DNA from: an uncultured Acidimicrobiales bacterium
GTDB lineage: Bacteria; Actinomycetota; Acidimicrobiia; Acidimicrobiales; UBA10347
Direction: 5' to 3'
DNA: 37,835 nt
Assembly (NCBI GenBank): GCA_943788915.1
Contig: CALSSD010000015.1
Coordinates: 1-37,835 of the forward strand
In this document: in pieces, positions 1-8,471 of the stretch
Position numbering within the stretch: position 1 is the first letter of the stretch
Layout of the letters: each line of letters begins with the position of its first letter
Program-made: the position numbers and the translations under genes
Notes under the pieces: generated by a model
The model's input: only the letters and a program-made list of their open reading frames with translations
Database searches by the model: none
Told to the model about the DNA's origin: nothing

Positions 1-733
1 CGGGTGGTTCGCAGTTCGTCGACCATCGACCGATCGGCCAGCGGCGCGTCGGGAGCGATCTCCATCGCGGTACTCACCACCGATAGAGCGAAGCCGCCCG
101 GCAGGAATGGCGCTCGTAGCGTCGTGTCGTCGATCTCGACGAGCCCGGCCTGCAGCGCCACTCGGGCGATGTCGAGACTGTTCGCCGTCGGTGTGTGTGC
201 CGTGGCGTCGAAACCGAGATTGCGGATGTAGTCGGCAGTGATTACCGCAAGTTCGGCGGCCCGCAGATCGGCGGACGCCTTGCCGAGTGCCGTTCACCCA
301 GTCGTCACCGGGTTGAGAAGATGGGAGTGAACGGCTGAACGCCACCAGCACGACGATCGCCCAATCATGGGACAGGCGCCTATCGGTCCATGCCTCGGCG
401 GGGATCACTCCAGCGCCGACCATGTCGGCGTCGAGAAAGTAGCAACCGGACTTCAGATGATTCGCCCCGCTCAACCGGATCTTCGGGAATGGGCGCCAGC
501 GGCGACACGTCACCGGACACGTGCGCGTCGAACAGGTCGACGTAGGCGCTGAGCGCATGGGCAGCACCGAGGGGACCCTGGCGATCGCGTTCAGATGGCG
601 AGGCCGGCACTCCACCCCGTCGATCAGCCGCCAGGCCGATGGGTGTTGCTGCCGGATCGGCGAGCCGAGGCAATGTCTCCAACGGAAATGCCCCCAGGTG
701 CACCGGTCGCTTCTTGTGCGAGAACAGCTTCAT
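1..733 (-). CDS. rdhA: Catabolic reductive dehalogenase (NpRdhA/BhbA type), N-terminal ~243 aa; runs off the window end; two 1-nt frameshifts (~465-468, ~279-281)
   Basis: Manual translation across the frameshifts gives MKLFSHKKRPVHLGAFPLETLPRL...IPEDPVERANHLKSGCYFLDADMVG...HDWAIVVLVAFSR...GDDWVNGTRQASADLRAAELAVITADYIRNLGFDATAH...LDIARVALQAGLVE...LRAPFLPGGFALSVVSTAMEIAPDAPLA. This is collinear with the NpRdhA N-terminal domain as I recall it (RP.HLG..PLE.L.R; NLK...YFLDA.MVG; D.R.AE.A; APFL..GF...VV.T). There is no Tat signal. The catalytic and Fe-S part lies outside the window. Confidence 0.85.
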
Positions 734-742
734 GGGCTGAAC

Positions 743-1604
743 CTAGTCCCCCCGGAGTCAGCTCGGCCTCGGTTGCTTCCCACCACGCCATCGCTGGTCC
801 CCGCAGCCGGGCCCTCAGCTCACCGAATCGCTGTGCCGCTGCGACACCAGGCCAACTCGCCGGAAGAAGCTCAGCCGGCAGATCAGGGTCAAGCAGCGGG
901 AACCGACGCCATTGGTGCACGAGCCCGGTGAGCTCAGCCACTGCCGCTAGGTCGCTGCTGGACTGCCCGTCGAGCAGATCGACATCGGTCAGGAACCGGG
1001 TATAGGCCTGGCGGAGCTCGGGAAGGTCCCACGCTTGTGCCACCAGCCCAGTCGGCGATCCAAGGTTGCCAACCTCTGCACGAAACGAGGTTGCCTCTAC
1101 CCCGAGACCGTTGAGTAACTCGACGGCGGTGCCTTCCTGGCCGAGCCAAGGTGAGAGCCAGGTGCCGTTACCGAGCGTGCCAAATCCAGCCCACCCCAGA
1201 CCGTTCGCCATCGCGTAGCGCAGATGGCGATCTCGTTCCGGAACACTGGCGAGCAGCACGATCCATCGACCATCCCACTGCCGAGTAGTTGCGCCAAAGG
1301 AGTAGATCCGCTCGGCACCTGATTCGAGCACCGTGCGGGCGTAAGGCGACAACGACCAACGGGTTTGCCGTCCGACCTTTGTGCGATCCAACCAGCCTCC
1401 CTCGTCCATCCGAGCGAGGGCTTGCCGAGCTGCCTTGTCACGGATACCCAACGACTCGGCCGCAGCAACGATGGTCTTTGTCCACGCACTGCCACCCATC
1501 GGCAATACGAACTCACCCAGCAACGTCAGCAGCAGGGCTCGGCTCGAGTCGACGGCCGCAGAGCCATCGCGATTGGTACCGAGTAGTTGTTCATGGGCGA
1601 GCAT
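743..1604 (-). CDS. paaX: PaaX-family transcriptional repressor
   Basis: Motifs SSRALLLTLLGEF, RQALARM..GWL, ERIY, WDGRW, L.WAGFG..G.G.W.SP, AWDL, LVHQWRRFPLLDPDLPAELLPASWPG. The ORF-track reading continues to 624 and overlaps rdhA. Removing one C from the C6 run at 748-753 gives a TAG at 743-745, 9 nt before the rdhA ATG. Confidence 0.9.
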
Positions 1605-1640
1605 GATGTTCTACATCTGACTAGCGAGTCAACAGGAAGC

Positions 1641-1655
1641 TGTAGTATAACTACA
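1641..1655. promoter_or_regulatory. Palindrome TGTAG-tataa-CTACA in the 74-bp paaX/boxC divergent gap; candidate operator overlapping a -10-like TATAAC
   Basis: Perfect 5-bp arms with a 5-nt spacer. An extra CTACA half-site sits at 1611-1615 next to the paaX start, and there is a TTGACT on the minus strand at 1627-1632. Confidence 0.55.
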
Positions 1656-1678
1656 CTGTCGACCTCCGGGGGAAATCA

Positions 1679-3349
1679 GTGTTCATCGACTTCGCAACCC
1701 AACCCAGTGCCTATCGGCATTGGACGCTCGATGTCGATGGTTCCGTCGCAACGGTGACCATGTCGGTCGATCCCACCGCTGGGCTACGCGATGACTACCA
1801 GCTGAAGACCAACTCCTACGACTTGGGCGTAGACATCGAACTCCATGATCTAGCGCAACGGTTGCGGTTCGAACATCCCTGCGTCAAGGTAGTTGTCGTC
1901 ACCGGTGGTCTCGACAAGATCTTCTGCGCCGGTGCAAACATCCAGATGCTGGCTGGCGCCACCCATGAACACAAGGTCAACTTCTGCAAGTTCACCAACG
2001 AAACCCGCAACGGCATCGAGGATTCCACCGCCAACTCCAAACAGACATGGATCGCAGCCGTCAACGGCACCGCTGCTGGTGGCGGTTACGAACTGGCCTT
2101 GGCCTGCGACGAGATCCTGTTGATCGACGACCGATCGTCTGCGGTGTCACTTCCCGAGATTCCGCTGCTGGCAGTACTGCCAGGCACAGGCGGCTTGACT
2201 CGGGTCGTCGAGAAGCGCCATGTGCGCCGCGATCTTGCCGACGCCTTCTCCACTCGCACTGAGGGTGTCCGAGGACAGACGGCGCTCGACTGGAATCTCG
2301 TCGATTACATCGCCCCTGGCAGTTCGTTCGATGAACTCGTCTCGACACGAGTAGCTGTTCGCCTTGCAGACTCCGACCGACCTGATCGTGGTGCCGGTGT
2401 TGCACTCACCCCATTGGAACGCACGCTCGAACCCGACTCGATTGTCTATGGGTCTACAAGTCCCGGATCGGTACAGGTAACCATCGATCGAGACTTGGGC
2501 ACGGCCACCATCAACATCGCTGCGCCAACGGAACCGCAGCCCACAACGGGAGCTGCACTGGTTTCGGCCGGCGATCAGAACTGGCTGCTGCGTGCGGCAC
2601 GCGAACTCGACGACGCCATTCTCCACCTGCGCTTCAACGAGGTATCGATCGGCACATGGGTATTCACCACGACCGGCGACCCCGATGCCGTGGCGCAAGC
2701 CGAAGCAGTGTTCAGCCAGGAAGCCGACCACTGGCTGGTGCGCGAGATTCACCTGTTCTGGACCCGAGTGCTCAAGCGCCTCGATGTGTCTGCCCGCACG
2801 CTCATCACCACGGTCGAGCCAGGTAGCTGTTTCGCCGGCGTGCTGGCCGAACTCGTGCTCGTTGCCGATCGCAGCTTCATGCTCGAAGGCACGTGGGAGG
2901 ATGACGACGATCCTCCGCCGCCGGCAACGATCCGGCTGGCCGAAACAAACACGGTGTTCCCGATGGGTAATGGCCTGACACGTCTGCAGACACGCTTCTG
3001 GCAGCGCCCCGACGCACTCGCCAAAGCACTCGCCGCAGTCGACACCGACCTCGATGCTGCAGCTGCCGCCGAGACCGAACTGGTCACGTTCACGCCCGAT
3101 GATCTGGATTGGCACGACGAACTGCGCGTCGCCTACGAGGAACGCAACAGCTTCTCGCCCGATGCCCTAACCGGCATGGAAGCCAACTACCGCTTCGTTG
3201 GACCCGAAACCATGGAGACCAAGATCTTCTCTCGGTTATCTGCGTGGCAAAACTGGATCTTCCAACGCCCCAACGCGGTTGGGCCCGACGGAGCATTGCA
3301 ACGTTTCGGCACCGGGTCCCGCCCCACATTCGACAACCGGAGAGTATGA
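1679..3349 (+). CDS. boxC: 2,3-epoxybenzoyl-CoA dihydrolase BoxC
   Basis: 556 aa tandem crotonase fold with BoxC-typical motifs YRHW.L, LK.NSYDLGVDIEL.D..QRLRFEHP, KVNFCKFTNETRN, SPDALTGMEAN.RF.GPETMETKIF.RL.AWQNWIFQRPNAVG. Confidence 0.96.
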   Translation: MFIDFATQPSAYRHWTLDVDGSVATVTMSVDPTAGLRDDYQLKTNSYDLGVDIELHDLAQRLRFEHPCVKVVVVTGGLDKIFCAGANIQMLAGATHEHKVNFCKFTNETRNGIEDSTANSKQTWIAAVNGTAAGGGYELALACDEILLIDDRSSAVSLPEIPLLAVLPGTGGLTRVVEKRHVRRDLADAFSTRTEGVRGQTALDWNLVDYIAPGSSFDELVSTRVAVRLADSDRPDRGAGVALTPLERTLEPDSIVYGSTSPGSVQVTIDRDLGTATINIAAPTEPQPTTGAALVSAGDQNWLLRAARELDDAILHLRFNEVSIGTWVFTTTGDPDAVAQAEAVFSQEADHWLVREIHLFWTRVLKRLDVSARTLITTVEPGSCFAGVLAELVLVADRSFMLEGTWEDDDDPPPPATIRLAETNTVFPMGNGLTRLQTRFWQRPDALAKALAAVDTDLDAAAAAETELVTFTPDDLDWHDELRVAYEERNSFSPDALTGMEANYRFVGPETMETKIFSRLSAWQNWIFQRPNAVGPDGALQRFGTGSRPTFDNRRV

Positions 3350-4767
3350 CCATGGCTGTAGTCGATATCGACGCCAAGATCCCGAACAATGTCGGCCTGG
3401 CCGACGACCGACGGCTGCAACGGGCTCTCGAAGGGTGGCAGCCAAAGTTCATTCGTTGGTGGGAAGACCTGGGTCCTTCGGCGTTCCAGCGCAACCCAGT
3501 ATTTCTCCGCACCGCTATCAGCGTGGGCCAAGAGGGCTGGGCAAACTTCGATCATGTCGAGATGCCCGACTACCGGTGGGGCATCTTCCTTGCCGACCAG
3601 GAACCGGATCGCAAGATCGCCTTCGGCGACCACAAGGGCCAAGATGTCTGGCAAGAAGTGCCAGGCGAATACCGATCTGATCTGCGGCGACTCATCGTGG
3701 TGCAGGGCGACACCGAACCAGCGTCGGTCGAACAACAACGCCATCTAAGCCTGACGGCTCCATCGTTGTACGACATGCGCAACCTGTTCCAGGTCAATGT
3801 CGAAGAAGGCCGCCACCTGTGGGCCATGGTCTACTTGTTGCACCGTTACTTCGGTCGAGACGGCCGCGACGAAGCCGACGAGATGCTCGAGCGGCACTCT
3901 GGCGACGAGGACAAACCTCGCATCCTTGGTGCCTTCAACGAAGAAACACCCGACTGGTTGTCGTTCTTCATGTTCACCTATTTCACTGACCGAGACGGCA
4001 AGTATCAGCTGGCGTCGCTCCGCGAATCAGCATTCGACCCGCTGTCTCGCACCTGTGATTTCATGTTGAAGGAAGAGGCGTATCACATGTTCGTTGGTGC
4101 AACCGGCGTGGGCCGCGTCGTGCAACGAACCTTGGAACTGATGCGTGAACACGACACCGACGATGTCCAGCCATTTGGTGGGCTCAATCTGGATCTGTTG
4201 CAGAAGTACGTGAACTTCCACTATTCGGTGTCACTGGACCTCTTCGGTTCAGAGACGTCGACGAACGCTGCCAACTATTTCGGCGCTGGGATAAAGGGCC
4301 GATTTCAAGAGGAACGACGAGACGACGACCACAAGCTCAAGACCGTGTATCGCAACGTGCCCAACTTCGACGAAAACGGCGTGGGCACCCGCGAAGTCAC
4401 CCAACTATCGGCACTCAATGAGACGCTGCGCGATGACTACGCCGAGGATTGCCAGAAGGGCATGGACCGGTGGAATCGGGCGATTGATGAAGCTGGTGTC
4501 AACTTTGCACTGACGCTCCCCCACGTCGGGTTCAATCGCCAAGTTGGCACGTTCCGCGATGCCTACATCTCGCCGAATGGTACGTCCATCAGCGCAACCG
4601 AATGGGCTGCAAACGTCGGCCGATGGTTGCCCACCGATGCCGATCGGGCGTACGTGAAGTCGCTCATGGTCGGGGTTACCGAACTCGGCAAGATGGCCGG
4701 TTGGGTCGCCCCACCATCACGTGGCATTCATCAAAAACCCGTCGAGTACGACTACGTACAACTTTAG
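3346..4767 (+). CDS. boxB: Benzoyl-CoA 2,3-epoxidase oxygenase subunit BoxB
   Basis: 473 aa. The ATG at 3346 overlaps the boxC stop (ATGA). Motifs KIPNNV.L, MPDYRWGIFL, QGDTEPASVEQQR, di-iron ligands EEGRH and EEAYH, DRDGKYQL. Confidence 0.97.
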   Translation: MTMAVVDIDAKIPNNVGLADDRRLQRALEGWQPKFIRWWEDLGPSAFQRNPVFLRTAISVGQEGWANFDHVEMPDYRWGIFLADQEPDRKIAFGDHKGQDVWQEVPGEYRSDLRRLIVVQGDTEPASVEQQRHLSLTAPSLYDMRNLFQVNVEEGRHLWAMVYLLHRYFGRDGRDEADEMLERHSGDEDKPRILGAFNEETPDWLSFFMFTYFTDRDGKYQLASLRESAFDPLSRTCDFMLKEEAYHMFVGATGVGRVVQRTLELMREHDTDDVQPFGGLNLDLLQKYVNFHYSVSLDLFGSETSTNAANYFGAGIKGRFQEERRDDDHKLKTVYRNVPNFDENGVGTREVTQLSALNETLRDDYAEDCQKGMDRWNRAIDEAGVNFALTLPHVGFNRQVGTFRDAYISPNGTSISATEWAANVGRWLPTDADRAYVKSLMVGVTELGKMAGWVAPPSRGIHQKPVEYDYVQL

Positions 4768-4814
4768 GCTCGTAGGAGTTAGCTCCTGGCCAGGAATCAA
4801 AATGCGGCCAGGAG

Positions 4815-5101
4815 TCAGCCAGCGTGGCGGTCGCCGATCCAACCGTTGCTGGCGATGACGGTTTCGCCAAAGTGGCGCGGGCCGTCTTCCAACGTTGTCG
4901 CCATGGTGTCGTTCCAGCGGTTGAGAAAACCAAAGAACGAACAGACAGCAACGATCGCAGTTAACTCGTCGTCGCTGAAGTGTTCCCGTGCGGCATCGAA
5001 GTCAGCGGGTGTTGCACAAAACCCATCATCTGCTCGACCATCTGGAAACCAGGTTCGAATTCGGCCAGGTCTTCCCGCGCAAGCGGTTCGATGTGTGCCA
5101 T
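4815..5101 (-). pseudogene. AhpD/carboxymuconolactone-decarboxylase-family gene with a large out-of-frame internal deletion
   Basis: N-terminus MAHIEPLAREDLAEFEPGFQMVEQMMGFV joins at ~5015, in another frame, to the family C-terminus ATPADFDAAREHFSDDELTAIVAVCSFFGFLNRWNDTMATTLEDGP...GW..DRH*. The central Cys/His region is absent. Confidence 0.75.
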
Positions 5102-5110
5102 GCGTATCGC

Positions 5111-5980
5111 CTAAGAATTGAGAGTTGCGGTACCGAGCGTGACCGAGCTCAGGTCATCACACACAATGATCTCGCCGGTGTATCCGCCATCTCGCAGGTC
5201 ATCGGCAAAAAGCTGTCGATCAGCATCGGTGTTTGGTGCAGGGATCAGATGGGTCAGCATCACGGTTGGTATCGCTAGCTCTTGGGCTTGGGCCCCGATC
5301 TCTCGGGTGTCAGCGTGATAGTCCTTGATGTACCGCGAGTTCTCGGGCCGCTGCATGATGTGATCAAGACGCATCGCCTCGTACACAATCACGTCGGCAC
5401 CCGCCGAAAGCTCAGCCATCTCGTCACACACGATCGTGTCGCCAGAGATCACAACGACCCCGTCTGGTGTTTCCACCCGATAACCAACAGCGCCTTCAAC
5501 CGGTTCATGGCGCACCTGTCCTGCCAGCACCCGGACGTCGCCACTCGACCAGACTTCGGTCGGTGAGCCGGGCACATCGAAACCGACTATCGCTGCCTTG
5601 GGTTCTGCCGGACGCCCACCGTGCAAACTTCGAACCGCCAGATCATTGTCCCAGATGCTGAACATACGATCGACAAAGTCGGTGGTGTGCCCGTTCGGAG
5701 CCACGATGGGGATCGCCGACCACTCACCACCCCAATCCATGACCCAGTGGGTGAGCATCACATCGGTGAGACCCACGACATGGTCGCTGTGATAGTGGGT
5801 GAGAAAGATCGCCGACAGCTCCGCCACGCCCACGTCCATCTGGACCAAACGATTGAGCGTCATCCGCCCGACATCGAATTGCAGACGAACATCGCCGTAC
5901 TGCACATGTGTGCCAGGGCCGGCTCTGTCCCTATGAGGAACTGGGGTGCCGGTTCCCGTCGTGGTGACGATCGTGGTCAT
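5111..5980 (-). CDS. MBL-fold metallo-hydrolase (RNase Z/AtsA-like)
   Basis: GTGTP, FDVG, THYHSDH, VRHEPV..AVGYR, SGDT, YHAD, LTHLIP motifs. An alternative GTG start is at 5983. Confidence 0.9.
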   Translation of the reverse strand: MTTIVTTTGTGTPVPHRDRAGPGTHVQYGDVRLQFDVGRMTLNRLVQMDVGVAELSAIFLTHYHSDHVVGLTDVMLTHWVMDWGGEWSAIPIVAPNGHTTDFVDRMFSIWDNDLAVRSLHGGRPAEPKAAIVGFDVPGSPTEVWSSGDVRVLAGQVRHEPVEGAVGYRVETPDGVVVISGDTIVCDEMAELSAGADVIVYEAMRLDHIMQRPENSRYIKDYHADTREIGAQAQELAIPTVMLTHLIPAPNTDADRQLFADDLRDGGYTGEIIVCDDLSSVTLGTATLNS

Positions 5981-6091
5981 CACCGAAGACTAGATGGCTC
6001 ATGCCTAGCTGTCGCGTCTCGGGCAGAAGAGGTCTGGCACTTCGCCAACTTCTACGGTGGTGGTCTGCCTTCTGAATCTTGAGGAACCACC

Positions 6092-6893
6092 ATGCCAAGT
6101 CCCGTAGTAAGCTCTGACCGGAGGAGCAACCGGAATCGGTGCCGCAGTTGTCGACCAGTTACGTGAGCAGGATGCCACTGTCTACGTACTCGACGTCGCC
6201 GACGCCCCCGAACGCGACGGAGTGCATACGATCCACTGTGATCTGGCGGATCCCGCGTCGATCGACGCAGCGGTCGGCCAATTGCCAGACAACATTGACG
6301 CCCATCTCAACGTCGCAGGTGTCGCTGGCCCAACGCCGGCTGACTGGGTGTTACGAGTCAATTTCCTTGGCATGCGCCACATCACCGAATCACTCTTTGA
6401 TCGCATCACACCCGGAGGCAGCGTCGTCAACGTGTCCTCGAGCGCAGGTCGTCAATGGGCGAAGCGTCGCCACGTGGTGGAGCCGATGGTCGACACCGTC
6501 GGCTTCGAAGCCGGACTCGAGTGGGCCATGGAGAACGAAGGCCGCTGGTCCCGCGACCCGTACACATTCTCGAAGCAGTGCGTCACCTTGTGGACGCTGA
6601 AGGCAGCCCAACGGGGCGCAACCGGCGCGGTTCGCGTCAACGCGGTGAGCCCTGGTGGAGTCGACACCCAGCTCACCACCTCGTTCCGTGCACAAATGGG
6701 CGAGGAGTACAGCGACTGGCTTCGTTCTTTTACCGACCGTGGCGCGCTCCCCCACGAACTCGCTGAGCCCATCGTGTGGTTGGCCATCGGCGACTGCCAG
6801 TGGGTGAACGGTGCCGATCTCATGGTGGACCGCGGCCTCGAAGCCGGGATGATCAGCGGCTGGGTCGATCTGGAGAACGCACCCGGCAAGTGA
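6092..6893 (+). CDS. SDR oxidoreductase (coniferyl-alcohol/3-alpha-HSD-like); 1-nt frameshift at ~6110
   Basis: Corrected start MPSPVVALTGGATGIGAAVV (TGxxxGxG); NVAG, VNVSS, YTFSK (YxxxK), VNAVSPG, WVNGADLMVD. Confidence 0.85.
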
Positions 6894-6941
6894 ACGAATC
6901 TTGAGAGAAGCTCGGGTGGCGGCTAAAGGCCGCATCGGCAC

Positions 6942-6963
6942 CATCTTCTTCTGCAAGAAGATG
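6942..6963. terminator. Hairpin CATCTTCTT-ctgc-AAGAAGATG downstream of the SDR; possible terminator or operator
   Basis: Perfect 9-bp inverted repeat, preceded by a smaller GCGGC-taaag-GCCGC stem; no U-tract. Confidence 0.35.
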
Positions 6964-7073
6964 CGCCTCGCTCTCTCTGCGTCGGGTCAACACAGGCTGA
7001 AGGCGGCTTTGCCAACGTCAAGAATCACTCATGATGGCACCGTTTCGTTGAACGGAGGTGAGAGAATTGGAGT

Positions 7074-7637
7074 ATGAGCGACGTGTCCAGTGAGACCGGA
7101 TCTGACAACCTAACCGAGACATCTCATGGCTGGTTGTCCGACGAAGATCTGCAGTCAACCCGGGCTCGGGTCCCCATCGTCTATGTCGACGCCGTTCCCG
7201 TCAGGGTCGATGGTCTTGGCCAGGTGACCGAGATCGGCATGCTGCTGCGGCAGGCCGCCGACGGCACGCTCAGTCGCATGGTTGTGTCGGGCCGTGTGTT
7301 GTTTGGTGAGTTGCTCCGTGAAGCGCTTGTCCGCCATTGCGAGAAGGACTTAGGCGAACTGGCGTTTCCCCGGGTGCCGCCGAATCCGAGCCCATTCACC
7401 GTGGTTGAGTATTTCCCCGACCCGGATCGATCAGGTTTTTATGACCCCCGCCATCATGCGGTGAGCATGGCCTATGTGGTGCCGATCGAGGGCGACTGCG
7501 AGCCAACACAGGAAGCACTCGACATGGAGTGGTACTCGCCCGAGGAAGCGGTCAGCCCCGAAGTCATCGCCGAGATGACAGGTGGCCATGACCGACTGAT
7601 TCGGCTTGCTTTGGCTCACGTCGGCCGGCTCCCCTAA
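7074..7637 (+). CDS. NUDIX-like hydrolase (DUF4916 type)
   Basis: GWLS...L...R.RVPIVYVDAVPVRVD..G.VT..G.LLR, VSGRV..GE, PFTV.EYFP, DPR.HAVS.AYVVP..G.C.P; an actinobacterial family pattern. Confidence 0.85.
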   Translation: MSDVSSETGSDNLTETSHGWLSDEDLQSTRARVPIVYVDAVPVRVDGLGQVTEIGMLLRQAADGTLSRMVVSGRVLFGELLREALVRHCEKDLGELAFPRVPPNPSPFTVVEYFPDPDRSGFYDPRHHAVSMAYVVPIEGDCEPTQEALDMEWYSPEEAVSPEVIAEMTGGHDRLIRLALAHVGRLP

Positions 7638-7647
7638 ACATCTACCT

Positions 7648-8460
7648 ATGGAACTCAAAGCCACCGCGTACGGGGTACGCAACCGTGTCGGGCTCATCAC
7701 ACTGAATCGCCCTCAGCGCGGCAATGCCTGGACCGGCCGCGTGGACACCGAATACCGCTGGTGTTTACAACAGGCCGAAGATGATCCTGCGGTTCGGGTC
7801 ATTGTCGTGAATGGCGCAGGGAAACGATTCTGCGTGGGCGGCGACAGCCAAGCGCTCGAAGGCCATGTCGAACGAGGTGGCTACGACCGCGGCCTGAGCG
7901 ACGAACAGGCCAACCCTGGCTACGGGCTGTACGAAGATTTTGATCGGCCGTTTGCCTCACACTTCGGTTTGAGTAAACCCATCATCGCCGCGGTCCACGG
8001 GGCTGCGGCCGGTATTGGCTTAGCGCTCGTAGCGTTCTGCGACCTGCGCTTCGCTGCGGAGGGAACGAAGTTCACGACCGCCCACGGCAAACTCGGCTTG
8101 CCCGCTGAGTACGGGCTGTCGTGGTTGCTGCCGAAGATCATGGGAACGACCCGGGCTATGGAACTGTTGCTGTCGTCGCGGGTATTCCTAGCCGACGAAG
8201 CGCTAGAGCTGGGCTTCCTGAACGAGGTCTGCACCGAAGAAGAGCTTCTCCCCCGGGTGCTCGCCTATGCCGAAGAACTCGCCAGCTCTGTTGCACCCAC
8301 CTCGTTGCAAGAGACGCGCCGCCAGGTGTACCTCGACATGCACCGACCGATCGGCGACTCGGTCACCGAGTCCATACGGCTACTGAACGAGATGATGAGC
8401 ACCGCCGAATACCGCCAGGGCGTGAAGGCCCTTGTCGAGAAGCAGCCACCGGGTTTCTAG
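7648..8460 (+). CDS. Enoyl-CoA hydratase/isomerase family protein
   Basis: ITLNRP..GNA, FCVGGD, KPIIAAVHGAAAGIG, DLRFA, GLPAEYGLSWLLP. Confidence 0.92.
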   Translation: MELKATAYGVRNRVGLITLNRPQRGNAWTGRVDTEYRWCLQQAEDDPAVRVIVVNGAGKRFCVGGDSQALEGHVERGGYDRGLSDEQANPGYGLYEDFDRPFASHFGLSKPIIAAVHGAAAGIGLALVAFCDLRFAAEGTKFTTAHGKLGLPAEYGLSWLLPKIMGTTRAMELLLSSRVFLADEALELGFLNEVCTEEELLPRVLAYAEELASSVAPTSLQETRRQVYLDMHRPIGDSVTESIRLLNEMMSTAEYRQGVKALVEKQPPGF

Positions 8461-8471
8461 CCCTGGTTGCG

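Noticed and set aside
624..742. C-terminal extension of PaaX overlapping rdhA by 110 nt
   Set aside because: PaaX similarity ends near 780, and a one-base correction in the C6 run gives a stop at 743-745; probably a sequencing artefact.
2147..3115. 322-aa antisense ORF, and similar long shadow ORFs (e.g. 15367-16221, 17910-18812, 30317-31090)
   Set aside because: They lie antisense to or out of frame with confident genes and carry no motifs; such ORFs are expected in GC-rich DNA.
3109..3345. 79-aa N-terminal extension of BoxB in the ORF track
   Set aside because: It lies inside boxC; the ATGA overlap at 3346 gives a normal-length BoxB.
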